Source: a virus
Lineage: Duplodnaviria; Caudoviricetes
Direction: 5' to 3' (one strand)
IMG/VR virus record: IMGVR_UViG_3300006737_000043
Span: 1 to 54,099 of that record
DNA: 54,099 nucleotides
A program made the position numbers and the translations under genes. Position 1 is the first letter of the stretch. Every line of letters begins with the position of its first letter. Under the pieces are notes generated by a model. The model made no database searches. It saw only the letters and a program-made list of their open reading frames with translations, and was not told the DNA's origin. Of the stretch, positions 20,901-29,771 are shown one piece after another.

Positions 20901-22244
20901 TTCTTTACATTTGGAAAACTAGACCGTATTGTTTCTAACCAACATAGAGATAAGATTAGAAACTTAATTGATGCTAACCAGATGGTAACATCAATATTTG
21001 ATGAGATACACCATAATACTAGCAAGCTGAATGGCAAGGAAAAAGGTTTTATGAGAGCTTCACACTTAATGGAACGTTCAGAGTTTGTAAACCAAGCGGC
21101 CGTTATGGTAGGCATGATGCTAGATACAGAGATAACTCTAGCTGACGGAACTACAATGAACCTGTATGAGGCTTATGACTCAGAAGGTAATCTACGTGAA
21201 GACATTAAAACTTATCAAACTAAATCTGCAAAAAGCGCAAAACCATGGGACGAGAGTGAGTTCTTCCAGTATGTAAAACATATTGTAGAAGAAACACACG
21301 GTGACTATAACCATAGTGTAATGTTGAAGAAGACGTTCCTGGGTAGATCACTGTCTACATTCCGTACATGGATGTATAGAACATATGCGGCTAGATACTC
21401 ACCTGAGCACTATGACTCTATTGCTGGATACAGTAGAAAAGGTAGATACAGATCGGCAGCACCTCTCCTGCACCTAGTACCTGGTATTAGCAGTATCCCT
21501 ATCTTATCAAAGTTCTTACCTCCAATAGTTGTAGCTGGATCAGGGCTAGACGTAGGACGTCTCATCCCAAAATCAGCTAGAGAAAAATTAGGTTTAAAAG
21601 AATCTAAACAACAACAGGACCTAGTATCTAGTTTAGGCAAAGTACTTAAAAACTCTGTAGGCATCTATGGAGATTTCTTTAAAGCAATCTTAACGCCGCA
21701 TAAGTATAAGACTAAGTTTAGAGAAAGACTAGAAGAAAGGGGTCTATCAGATGTAGACACTGCAAACATATCTGCAGTATTCTCAGAGTACTTTATGAGG
21801 TCGATGCTAGCGCTTACTATGTTACTACTATATAGCTTATATGATGACGATGATGATGAAGCTAAAAAGAAAGCAATCATAGTAGCAATGAACTTAGGCC
21901 GTAGATTTGAAAGAGACCTTGCATTCTATACTGACCCAAGTGAACAAGGACGTACGCTTGATCAGCCTCTACCAGTCATGAGATTAGTAGATGGTTATGA
22001 AGGATTCTCTAGATCGATAGAAAGAGTAATGGACGGTAGTAAAGATCCATACCTGCAGTCAGGATTCTACGAAGGATGGTGGGCTCCAACTAAAATGGCA
22101 TTTAGATATTTACCCGGTCTAACAGCAGTTGACCAGACAAGAAGATATTTAAATATAGACGTAATGTCAGGGAATACTATATCAGATAAAAACGATTTGT
22201 ACAGGGCATTCGAGGATAACCTAGCAATGCCGGATCAAGATTAA
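17994..22244 (+). CDS. Large virion cargo/ejection protein (1416 aa)
   Basis: ATGA overlap with the polyprotein; coiled-coil rich; HGDYN...FRTW segment and a C-terminal hydrophobic helix (MLALTMLLLYSL), typical of large ejected proteins. Confidence 0.75.
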   Translation: MKSCGITNIADPILSDLIAKYGAREGFQTYFKVKELNLPETTIRNKYLPNSVERTTNVTRKIDRADKQPSLNGTTMSIENQLGLLQMKTEDGKVSAYYKTFNSKTAAAKKTTELRKELGRRGLIKNYEVVQQQTPDGFVVRLRPAITSTATDDVSRLIPEASAPLVKAQQEKLRVLNARQRELKNLLPQLSVTEQAYADTAKQLSDTEQLIKKTEQDVRRLKELDTADKLFERAAQDEAWLADFFRKGTYTFDELQEAIIKFDSWAVSAVSPGKPHPYLDNLEQQNQFLVDKMNNISTRIASRFGSIMETRIREAVIASTRKHSNTSELTDAEILETLLEQDKGALATARAYTLNLGKQQPIIMQALFNNVNKANNDAHNAAFNRINKLKEAAQGLRQRDMGAFYQRDSQGRLTGELLQPATAEFIDELREIQGKLQYALLELEVAEPGSQDAKRAQAIKNKALKERFAFFKQKVAPINLSPFVADISSFNAEQIGLPTEIFSDEDADPGEIRAELEKRFGKAETNRMLRRQKAMANTFIHERDALIADLLGSKDKLSDQDIALVKAWSAENSPFLAYRAHTTNQSVGPSIPSFKYTLSVPNEASSDENYRDMVETYPAQTEFYDIMVDLIEEGRAEVGDISGFITGLSLPVMQAGFFKEMARDGVGMLLPKLVDTMRFATSIANEEAYQQPNLHEDVDGIVNRKEVNVNAVTSHRVSKMVNEELARLKSEFIAENGEEKLTREVIADLKKTATDNVYTKSSTNLVGLMSMFALNVQTIKAKRSIEPQVQLIKNFIVKGETKAGALNQSASVKAMDYFLDKEFFGIDPGDNVGKGGVKVKSREEKEQAKAIQERQLDVDEKIADLEAREAAGEILSQPELDELNNLREEVKDLDKQLDKMGRFFRISKIGDAMLGLTQLIGIGFSPVSATGNVGIGYFANQIAAADGRDFSAGSMGRAYGYILGGNTVRFFTFGKLDRIVSNQHRDKIRNLIDANQMVTSIFDEIHHNTSKLNGKEKGFMRASHLMERSEFVNQAAVMVGMMLDTEITLADGTTMNLYEAYDSEGNLREDIKTYQTKSAKSAKPWDESEFFQYVKHIVEETHGDYNHSVMLKKTFLGRSLSTFRTWMYRTYAARYSPEHYDSIAGYSRKGRYRSAAPLLHLVPGISSIPILSKFLPPIVVAGSGLDVGRLIPKSAREKLGLKESKQQQDLVSSLGKVLKNSVGIYGDFFKAILTPHKYKTKFRERLEERGLSDVDTANISAVFSEYFMRSMLALTMLLLYSLYDDDDDEAKKKAIIVAMNLGRRFERDLAFYTDPSEQGRTLDQPLPVMRLVDGYEGFSRSIERVMDGSKDPYLQSGFYEGWWAPTKMAFRYLPGLTAVDQTRRYLNIDVMSGNTISDKNDLYRAFEDNLAMPDQD

Positions 22245-22607
22245 TTATCTTTTACCTCCGTTGTAAACTACAGCGTGGCCTTCTTCTATAAGCTTTTTAT
22301 TAAGATTTACTAGAGTAAGTCCGCCCTGGCTATTGCACAGGTTTAGCTCCCCTAAACATCTCCCAAACTTACCTACACCGTGAGAAGTAAGTTGAATCTC
22401 ATCTGCCTCTAATAGAAGTTCCTTGACTCTAGCTTTAGCTGCTAGGCCTCTTGCCTTTTCTTCTAAGTCCCTTGTTCTAGACTCAGGAGTATTAATACCC
22501 ATAAAGCGTATTCGTTTCTTTACTGATACATCAAACCCTAAATCAATTTTAGCATCAATGGTATCCCCATCAATAACTCTAATTACTTCTATCTTGTAAG
22601 TATACAT
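22245..22607 (-). CDS. Thermonuclease (SNase family)
   Basis: VIDGDTID, IRFMGINTPES, KFGRCLG and LIEEGHA motifs. Confidence 0.9.
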   Translation of the reverse strand: MYTYKIEVIRVIDGDTIDAKIDLGFDVSVKKRIRFMGINTPESRTRDLEEKARGLAAKARVKELLLEADEIQLTSHGVGKFGRCLGELNLCNSQGGLTLVNLNKKLIEEGHAVVYNGGKR

Positions 22608-22765
22608 TATTCTTCGTCTTTCTCTTCTTGTTTCCTTATCATTCTAGGACGAGTAGTATTACCATCAGCAGCATCAGTCATACGTTGATTGATTCCTCCA
22701 GTCTTCATTTTAGTATTCGGTACGGCCTTGCCGTTGAATATATAACCTTTCTTTAAATGTTTCAT
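22607..22765 (-). CDS. Small hypothetical protein (52 aa, MKHLKKGYIFNGKAVPNTKMKTGG...), not in ORF track
   Basis: Fills the gap exactly, with an ATGA overlap upstream and a TAATG overlap downstream. Confidence 0.75.
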   Translation of the reverse strand: MKHLKKGYIFNGKAVPNTKMKTGGINQRMTDAADGNTTRPRMIRKQEEKDEE

Positions 22766-23013
22766 TTAGTCCTATGTTTTTTAAGGATAGCTAAACTATC
22801 TTCTAAGTCTTTGTTAATCTTTTTCTTCGTATGATGCTCTTTGGGACTAAAAGGAGAAGGGTATTTTCTTTCCACTAAGCCTAGTGCAATGTAGCGGAAT
22901 ACAGTTCGTTTATCGCACTCTAATGCTTCAGCTGCCTCCGATACGTGTTCAAATAAATTTAACGCCTGTTGAATCTTTTCGATTCTCATTTCTTCTATAG
23001 TTTGTAGTTTCAT
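22762..23013 (-). CDS. Fis-like helix-turn-helix protein
   Basis: IQQAL...VSEAAEALECDKRTVFRYI resembles an HTH_8-type motif. Confidence 0.7.
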   Translation of the reverse strand: MKLQTIEEMRIEKIQQALNLFEHVSEAAEALECDKRTVFRYIALGLVERKYPSPFSPKEHHTKKKINKDLEDSLAILKKHRTK

Positions 23014-23017
23014 GACG

Positions 23018-23736
23018 CTAGTCTTTATATTGTTTATATCTATTACCTATAGCTTGTAAGGAACCCTGTGTAATTGAAGGACAATCGCTGTCATTGTAGA
23101 ATCTTGCATCTAGTAGTTGACCTGAAAATGGATCATTAAAGCTACCTCTTATACCTACTGTATCCAAATTCCACGCAGTGCCTGTACCCATAGAATTCAC
23201 CGAGGCAATAAGATATCCATCTATATTGTAAAAATTTAAGACGTTAGTGTTTGCAGCTCTTTGTAGTATGAGCACCTCTACGTCGCTGCCAAAAGTATAA
23301 GATACAGAACTATTGTCTGTATTGTTTGTAGATATAGAAAGTTCAGAACTTTTACTTGAATTAGCCTTATAAATTATACCAGTCCCCCCAGATGCAATAC
23401 CAACATACCCTCCAACGTCAGAGCTATAAGCCAATACACGATCAGCACTAGTGTCTAGATCTACAAAAGCAAACACCCAAAACCAATTTTCAGTAAAATT
23501 CATGTGCTCAGCACTGCTTAAGATTAAAGAGTCATAACACCATCAAAGTTTAAAGATGTTGCAAAACCTGCTAGCTTAGCATTATTTCCTAACCCTTTAT
23601 GTTGGGGTTGACCATTGGAATTAGCCTGATCCCATGTTCTACTACCTACACTACCTTTAGATCCTACACCTGTTCTTTTAGTGTCCGTGTTAACAGTCGG
23701 ATCAAATGCTGATAATCTTACTTTTGCTTTTCCCAT
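23018..23736 (-). pseudogene. LamG/ConA-like beta-sandwich protein split by a 1-nt frameshift (ORFs 23524-23736 and 23018-23503)
   Basis: Adding one base after GGT GTT gives a continuous SLNFDGVxDSLILSSAEHMNFTENW..., restoring the FDGxxD motif. The C-terminal half ends in a LamG-like FSGQLLDARFYN. Confidence 0.65.
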
Positions 23737-24269
23737 TATGCTGCGTCTATTGATACGTTATCTATAACTACTACATTCGAATCTAGGAAGCCGGGGATAC
23801 TTATAAATACATCAAAGTCATATATTTCTCCTGTTCCTGCAGCATCTAAGTTTGCATCAGATCCTCCTGAGTCCAAGAATGTGGCTACTGTAAGATTGAC
23901 TGCTTCATAATTATCTGGATCTCCTCCTATCGTTATATCACTAGTTGCTGTAGAAAGAAAATAAAAGACTTGACCGCTACCAGTATACTGAAAAATATTA
24001 AAGGTTTTAGTTCCAATTCTGTGACTATCACTTCCAAGAGTATCCTGATTCTCAACTGTTAAAGTCGCAGTACCATTTACTTTAGCTCCATCAGATTGTG
24101 TAATTCCATCTACTAATGCAGTTTTAGTATCTATGTCAGTAACTTTAATAACTACAGCAACATTTTCATCATCAGTATCTACTATAGAAACTTCTTCCAA
24201 CGCTAGTTGTATAAGGGCTAGAGGAGTCTTAGGCTCACAAGCTAAACTATTTCCTAATGCTAACTTCAT
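23736..24269 (-). CDS. Hypothetical, probable virion/structural protein
   Basis: Acidic and beta-rich; N-terminus MKLALGNSL resembles MLRLGLGG of the nearby LamG protein; translationally coupled on both sides. Confidence 0.6.
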   Translation of the reverse strand: MKLALGNSLACEPKTPLALIQLALEEVSIVDTDDENVAVVIKVTDIDTKTALVDGITQSDGAKVNGTATLTVENQDTLGSDSHRIGTKTFNIFQYTGSGQVFYFLSTATSDITIGGDPDNYEAVNLTVATFLDSGGSDANLDAAGTGEIYDFDVFISIPGFLDSNVVVIDNVSIDAA

Positions 24270-24493
24270 CTTGGATCTTCATTATTAGACCAGTCATCTC
24301 CTTTAAGGATAGTACTTATCTGTTCATATGTATAATCAGTTGTGCCATCTAAAAATGATGGTTTAGCGCCAAGATATTTAATAACAACCTGCGTACCATC
24401 CAAAGAATGCCTAAGCTTATTTGCGTTAGTAAACGGCAGTTGAGAAAAGTCTAACGACCCTACATCTGATTTATTTATTATTGTCCATCCCAT
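24266..24493 (-). CDS. Small phage protein associated with the LamG gene
   Basis: LDFSQL...LRHSLDGTQVVIKY...PSFL; tightly coupled to neighbours. Confidence 0.65.
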   Translation of the reverse strand: MGWTIINKSDVGSLDFSQLPFTNANKLRHSLDGTQVVIKYLGAKPSFLDGTTDYTYEQISTILKGDDWSNNEDPR

Positions 24494-24494
24494 A

Positions 24495-25337
24495 TTAACT
24501 TGGTGTTTCGCTACTTGCTGTTGGATTTCCTTCTAAACTTGCATTTACTCCTACTCCACTATGGTCCGTTTCCAGATCAGATTGCGAAGATCCTTCAAAT
24601 CTATAGTAGCGCTGCAGACCGTCAACCATACTTTGAGTATAATTAGTCCCAGCTACATTAAGATCATTAGGTGCGCCTGAGTTGTATATCTCACTTATAG
24701 CGTTTGCATCTAAAGCCAAGTTCCATATAGCACACTCATCTATCTGCCCAGTCATATGCTGAGCGGCAGAACTAGCTTCCATATCTGCACCAAAAGCAAG
24801 TCCATCGTGTCCACTAGATACTTCAGTGGCTTCATGAAATTCTTTGGTTTTAGTTGCTGCTGTTGTTACTGAAGATCCATCTAAGAATAATTCCTGTGAA
24901 CCATTAGTAGAGTTATCTACTCCTTTCTTTACTACATATACTACGTGCACCCAATTATTTGCATTTCCACTACCAAATTTAGCGTTGTTTAGTAGAAACA
25001 ACTGGCTCCAAGATGCATTACCAGATTTACCAGTACCGGTTACAGCTTGAAGACCGGCATTAACATAAATAAAGTTAACTTGAAAACTACCTGATAATGC
25101 ACCAGAAGTATCGCTATGCCCAAAAAAGCAAAAGCTGGTATTATACGGAGCTCTTACCCACATAGAAAATGAGAAATCGTTACGCTGTAAAGTTTGGAGG
25201 GCAGCATTAGAATAATTAGTATCTACAAAATCACCTGTACCATCAAGGTCAATAGACTGAGCATTAGCATACCCTGCTACTCTAGAGTGTTGGTTTTCAC
25301 TTAACCCTGATGGACCGCCTAATCCCAGTCGTAGCAT
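24495..25337 (-). CDS. LamG/concanavalin A-like lectin domain protein (candidate receptor-binding/decoration)
   Basis: LDGTGDFV, FSFSMWV, NWVHVVYV, LFLDG, GQIDECAIWNLALDANAISEIYN. Confidence 0.85.
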   Translation of the reverse strand: MLRLGLGGPSGLSENQHSRVAGYANAQSIDLDGTGDFVDTNYSNAALQTLQRNDFSFSMWVRAPYNTSFCFFGHSDTSGALSGSFQVNFIYVNAGLQAVTGTGKSGNASWSQLFLLNNAKFGSGNANNWVHVVYVVKKGVDNSTNGSQELFLDGSSVTTAATKTKEFHEATEVSSGHDGLAFGADMEASSAAQHMTGQIDECAIWNLALDANAISEIYNSGAPNDLNVAGTNYTQSMVDGLQRYYRFEGSSQSDLETDHSGVGVNASLEGNPTASSETPS

Positions 25338-25772
25338 TTATTTTTTAGCTTTCTTTTCTATAGTTCTACCAGCAAAGTATGCACCGAATGCTGTAAGCAT
25401 TAGTAGCTCTAACAAAGATACGTAAGAGTCTTTTACATTAAACGCTACATTATCCATGCTATCGATCATCATAGTGATCATAAACATAGCCATAAGACAT
25501 ATAAGTGTTAATGGTCTAATCATCTTAGCTAACTTAACGTCGCTACCCATGTCAGCCTTCCAGCGCTCTGTAACATTCTCTTGAAACTTAATCTCTGCAT
25601 CAACAGCAGCCATGCCAGCTTCTGTATCTACATCAGGATCTTTATCGATAAGGTTTTTTACTACACCTAGTGCTCCATTGTCTGGTAAAAGATCTCCTAC
25701 CACTCCTAATACATTCGGAGCCTTTTCTGCTAACCAAGAACCTAGCTTGGTGTCTTTAATTTTTTTTGCCAT
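25338..25772 (-). CDS. Holin-like membrane protein (3TM/GTA-holin-like)
   Basis: RWKADM...KMIRPL, two hydrophobic helices, AYFAGRTIEK basic tail. The start is moved to ATG 25772 (MAKKIK), just after the promoter. Confidence 0.8.
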   Translation of the reverse strand: MAKKIKDTKLGSWLAEKAPNVLGVVGDLLPDNGALGVVKNLIDKDPDVDTEAGMAAVDAEIKFQENVTERWKADMGSDVKLAKMIRPLTLICLMAMFMITMMIDSMDNVAFNVKDSYVSLLELLMLTAFGAYFAGRTIEKKAKK

Positions 25773-25777
25773 AAAAG

Positions 25778-25785
25778 CAAATTTA
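25778..25785 (-). promoter_or_regulatory. -7 promoter element (TAAATTTG) for the holin/LamG/nuclease cassette
   Basis: TAnnTTTG 5 nt upstream of ATG 25772. Confidence 0.65.
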
Positions 25786-26481
25786 CCACAAAATACGGAA
25801 TTCTGCACCATTTGCAGCTTCTAATATCTCATTAGCTTCATTAAAGTTAGAGCACTCCCAACGTATTCCTTTATAGTTAGCGTACACAGGATGTACAGAT
25901 TCTAATACAGTGCAACCTTTTAACAAAGGTTTATAAGCTTTTGCATGTCCACCCCAAAGCATAAAGATACAGTCGGGTCTCCATTCAGCTATAGTCTTAA
26001 GGACACCTTCTGTAAACTTCTTCCAATACTTACTATGAGATCCAGCCATACCCTTCTCTACGGTAAGAGCTGTATTAAGCATAAGAACTCCTTGTTTAGT
26101 CCAACGAGTAAGACTGTGGTCGAAGATAAGATCTGTGTGATTAATATCTCCATATGCAAATACATCTTCAATCTTACGTAAAGATGGACTAGGTGATAGA
26201 TTATCAAAATCTATTTCATTAGCAAAAGCTAGACCAGTAGCCCTACCATCATGGTATGGGTCTTGGCCTATAATAACTACACGCAAGTCTTTCCAAGGCG
26301 TCTCTCTAAATGCACGAAATACATTAGGTTTAGCAGGATAGACAGTTTTATTTCTATATTCTTCGTTAAGCTTATCAAGAAGCTTATCAGCATAGCTAGA
26401 AGAAAGAAGGTCAGCTAAATTAGCCGACCATCCATCTCCTAGTTGCCTCTTCCAAAAATCATTCATCAAGAAAATTTTCAT
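25783..26481 (-). CDS. ung: Uracil-DNA glycosylase (family 1)
   Basis: VVIIGQDPYH, ATGLAF, PSPSLRKI, QGVLMLNTALTV, FMLWG, HP. Confidence 0.95.
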   Translation of the reverse strand: MKIFLMNDFWKRQLGDGWSANLADLLSSSYADKLLDKLNEEYRNKTVYPAKPNVFRAFRETPWKDLRVVIIGQDPYHDGRATGLAFANEIDFDNLSPSPSLRKIEDVFAYGDINHTDLIFDHSLTRWTKQGVLMLNTALTVEKGMAGSHSKYWKKFTEGVLKTIAEWRPDCIFMLWGGHAKAYKPLLKGCTVLESVHPVYANYKGIRWECSNFNEANEILEAANGAEFRILW

Positions 26482-27061
26482 TAGGGGTTAACTTACCGGG
26501 CATAATCTCACGTTTTATGTCAGCATGAAGTACATCATACTTAGGGTCATAGATAGACCATAGTTCACAATCTTTTAAACTGTGTCCTATAACCTCTTCT
26601 TTCTGACGTCGTAAGTCTTCATCTTTCTTGAACACTTTAGTCAGATAGTCTTTATTACCTAAGTAGTCATAGTACAATACACTTGCCATATCATGAAGGT
26701 TGAATCTAGAATATTCACCTCTAAGAAAAGCCTCGTACGATAGTAAAGAATCATTAGGAATCCTATAGACCTTTACACTGTAGTGAGTATTTGCAATATC
26801 ATAAGAGTCTACAAAACCAGGAGTATTCTCGAGAGCTTTCTCGAAAAGTCTAAATCCTATATCTTGTACATTTGTGTGTACTACAGATATATGATTCTTC
26901 TGGTATTTAGGAACGTCTGCATCATATAGGTATGCGTTCAATAACCTGCTACCCAAACCCTTGTAAGGAATATGGTATTTAAATATACCTTGAGTAAACG
27001 GTACTAATGGTAGTAAGAATATACTAGCATTGTTTCTTCTGGTTATCTTAGCTACGTCCAT
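26459..27061 (-). CDS. Hypothetical protein in replication block
   Basis: Open ORF overlapping both neighbours; start at ATG 27061 preferred over 27103 to minimise overlap. Confidence 0.7.
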   Translation of the reverse strand: MDVAKITRRNNASIFLLPLVPFTQGIFKYHIPYKGLGSRLLNAYLYDADVPKYQKNHISVVHTNVQDIGFRLFEKALENTPGFVDSYDIANTHYSVKVYRIPNDSLLSYEAFLRGEYSRFNLHDMASVLYYDYLGNKDYLTKVFKKDEDLRRQKEEVIGHSLKDCELWSIYDPKYDVLHADIKREIMPGKLTPNENFLDE

Positions 27062-28038
27062 GGCATTGTCCCTTGTTTGTAATACTCCATTGGATAGTTC
27101 CATTGATCAGACTCAATGTGAAAATCCAAACGATTAAAAGCGGAATCAATACCTTCATAAACTCTCCCGTTATACTCAAAGTCTGCTGTAATTCTATTAT
27201 CAACATGACTAGGAGCATCCCAGATAGTAGCCGGTAACTCACCACGAGAATCTAAAACAATAAATCTAGGAGTGAGAATAGTGTAATCAGTAGGAACTAA
27301 ATCACAGTAGTAAGCCCCCAAGCTATAGAAATATACCTGGAAGTCATACCTGTACTTTAGAATAGTTGATTGAAAGAACATTGCTTGTGCACTAGTCTTT
27401 ATATCATAAACTCGCACAGTTTTATTCTTATGATCTATGTGAAGTAGATCTATCTCACCTTTACACTCTCTAGTTCTGAAAGTGAATTTTAAAACTTTTT
27501 TGAATAGAATAGAACAATCATTAGCCTCTGCTCTCTTTGGGTCAAAAAGATAAGCAGTAATTGGATTGGTCAAAGCTTCCGATGATACCCTCATACCAAG
27601 GTCATAGTTAGCTTGATCAATACGAATCTTACCTTCAGCTCGTTTAAGCTCATAGTAATATTCAGCCCCTAAGTCTAATAGTTTAGACACACAGGTCTCG
27701 TCTTTCCAACTCTTACCGTAACCACAAACTCTGCAGGCTTGCACCATAACATCATGATCTATCTCAGATAAATGCTTAGTTATACTTTGCTGAGCCAACA
27801 GCTTTAGCACTTTAAGAACAGACTCACTAGGAGCATCAGCTTTAATTATGTAGTACTTCTCATTAAGATAGTCATCATCTTGGATTAAAGCATCTTCTAC
27901 AAACTGGCCAAACAAAAAGTGAGTACGTTCTCCTGAGTCATCATATGCGCTAAGATATCTTTGCGGATGATGTAGGAGTAATTTTAATCTAGATTGATTG
28001 ATAGCATCAAGTGCTCTATATTCATTACTTGTCATCAC
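27052..28038 (-). CDS. PD-(D/E)XK exonuclease (RecE/ExoVIII-like)
   Basis: EYRALDAINQSRLK N-terminus; KGEIDLL...YDIKT...YRYDFQVYFY. Confidence 0.85.
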   Translation of the reverse strand: MMTSNEYRALDAINQSRLKLLLHHPQRYLSAYDDSGERTHFLFGQFVEDALIQDDDYLNEKYYIIKADAPSESVLKVLKLLAQQSITKHLSEIDHDVMVQACRVCGYGKSWKDETCVSKLLDLGAEYYYELKRAEGKIRIDQANYDLGMRVSSEALTNPITAYLFDPKRAEANDCSILFKKVLKFTFRTRECKGEIDLLHIDHKNKTVRVYDIKTSAQAMFFQSTILKYRYDFQVYFYSLGAYYCDLVPTDYTILTPRFIVLDSRGELPATIWDAPSHVDNRITADFEYNGRVYEGIDSAFNRLDFHIESDQWNYPMEYYKQGTMPWT

Positions 28039-28510
28039 TCTTATAAATTATATCGTATACCAATTTTCTGTTCTCAAAAGTTTTCACATAGTGAACAGAA
28101 TACGCTGTACTATTTAGATACTCAACCGTATCATCAGGCAGTACTCCTGCTTTGACAAGCCCATCATTTAGAGACTTCAACCATATAAATGCTAAGTTAT
28201 CTAAATCCCAGTTAGGCTTATACCTATCATGAGGAGGCTTCCAGGTAATCTTACCTTTTACCATTCTAACAGATCCATAGTTCTTGGGGACATAAATATG
28301 AAGATGCGTACCTATGGGAGTAGGAAATTCTAATCCCATAGGTATGTGTGCATCTACAAATTCGTGAACTTGTTTCACTGTCTTCTCACGCACATAATGA
28401 TTAACGCCAGCATAAATCTTGTTGTAACCAAGCTTCATGTTTTTTGTTTTGCTAATCTTTACGTGGCTAGGAAACTTAGGCAGTACTATCTTATGCCTCT
28501 TGCGTCCCAT
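28025..28510 (-). CDS. RusA-like Holliday junction resolvase
   Basis: WDLDNL...KSLNDGL...GVLPDDT. Confidence 0.75.
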   Translation of the reverse strand: MGRKRHKIVLPKFPSHVKISKTKNMKLGYNKIYAGVNHYVREKTVKQVHEFVDAHIPMGLEFPTPIGTHLHIYVPKNYGSVRMVKGKITWKPPHDRYKPNWDLDNLAFIWLKSLNDGLVKAGVLPDDTVEYLNSTAYSVHYVKTFENRKLVYDIIYKSDDK

Positions 28511-29759
28511 TGATAACCTTAACTCTACCTTCAGTCTGTCCCACTAAGTCTTCAGGATTAATCTCAACAATATTGTTGAATATAGATTGTATTGAAGTTT
28601 CTGTAATTTCGGTAGGAATTAGGTATTCATCATCGCAGGCTTGAGTATTTACATTGCTAAGCATAGTAATAACTTGCTCAGCTGTAATAGTTTGATAGTC
28701 ATGTTCAAAGGTCTTCATTGGTACGCCGATAATTTTACCTTGATCGTCATACTTAGCTACACCTACGGCCATGTATTCTTTAACACGCATTTTACCACGG
28801 TCAGCATAAGGAACAGCACGAACGTTCATAGGATTAACAAGACAGATTAGACCAGAGTCACCAAAGTAATTTTGTTGTAACCAGTTCTCGCCTGCTACAT
28901 GTAGGCCTCTAGAACATTGATTATTAGGATTGTTATCAATCTGACTTTCTGGTAGACTTACAGGCTTACCAAACTCAATATGAGTACGACGAGAGTAGTG
29001 GTCAGTATACACAACCTTCTGCCCGCTGTTCTCAAAGACATCTATTAGTTCAGCAATGTTACCTATAAAAGTACCGCCGTCTTGGCCGCCCTCTGAGTAA
29101 CCAGTAGCTTCGTCATGAACTTCAAACTTACCCTCATAGTTACGAGAGATATTCATGTTATTAAGATCTAGACCCATAGACTTCCACTCTGAAGTAGAAG
29201 CATAGATAAAGTCATGAAGATCAATATCGTCTACCATAGCATCTTTCTTGTCAGCATTACGATAAACAACTAGGTAGCCCTTGTCTGTAAGTTTGATACC
29301 GTGCTTATCACAGAACTCAAACAAACGGTCACGAGTATCAGCATTAGGATTTAGACAAGCTAAGCTCCAAAACTTCATCAAGGCTTCACAGTCTTTCTCG
29401 TTATCCTTACGAGCCATGAATTCTCTAACAACAGTCTCAGGCATAGCGATGTCTATGTTCTTAGCATAAACACGATTATCCTTAACCTCTAGATAAGGAT
29501 GGCCATTAGTACGAATATCATCAGCTAGTGCTACAATATCACGTTCTTCTTCTACTCGTGCTGATTGCTCAATAGCTTGAGAGATCTTAGACTCTGCAGA
29601 GTAGCTAAATATTTTAGCTACATCTACAAGGTCTAAATCTTCTGAAGCTTGTAAGCTTGCAAGAGCAGTCTCGGTTTCTTCACCATTGGTGAATGTTTTC
29701 TGGAAGGTAGTTCCTTCCACAACAGCAATCAAAGTATTGCCAGTTCTAAAGTACTGCAT
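28491..29759 (-). CDS. rIIB: rIIB-like protein
   Basis: FW...LNP...LFEF, LTDKGYLVVYR, CSRGLHVA, VNPMNVRAVP...KMRV; directly follows an rIIA-like gene. Confidence 0.85.
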   Translation of the reverse strand: MQYFRTGNTLIAVVEGTTFQKTFTNGEETETALASLQASEDLDLVDVAKIFSYSAESKISQAIEQSARVEEERDIVALADDIRTNGHPYLEVKDNRVYAKNIDIAMPETVVREFMARKDNEKDCEALMKFWSLACLNPNADTRDRLFEFCDKHGIKLTDKGYLVVYRNADKKDAMVDDIDLHDFIYASTSEWKSMGLDLNNMNISRNYEGKFEVHDEATGYSEGGQDGGTFIGNIAELIDVFENSGQKVVYTDHYSRRTHIEFGKPVSLPESQIDNNPNNQCSRGLHVAGENWLQQNYFGDSGLICLVNPMNVRAVPYADRGKMRVKEYMAVGVAKYDDQGKIIGVPMKTFEHDYQTITAEQVITMLSNVNTQACDDEYLIPTEITETSIQSIFNNIVEINPEDLVGQTEGRVKVINGTQEA

Positions 29760-29771
29760 TAGTATTATAGA

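Noticed and set aside
928-21880. Short minus-strand and alternate-frame ORFs inside the cargo genes
   Set aside because: Shadow ORFs of long coding frames, with no motifs or expression signals.
23548-23554. T_TTA_AAC slippery heptamer explaining the LamG split
   Set aside because: A -1 slip there hits TGA almost at once (TTT AAA CTT TGA).
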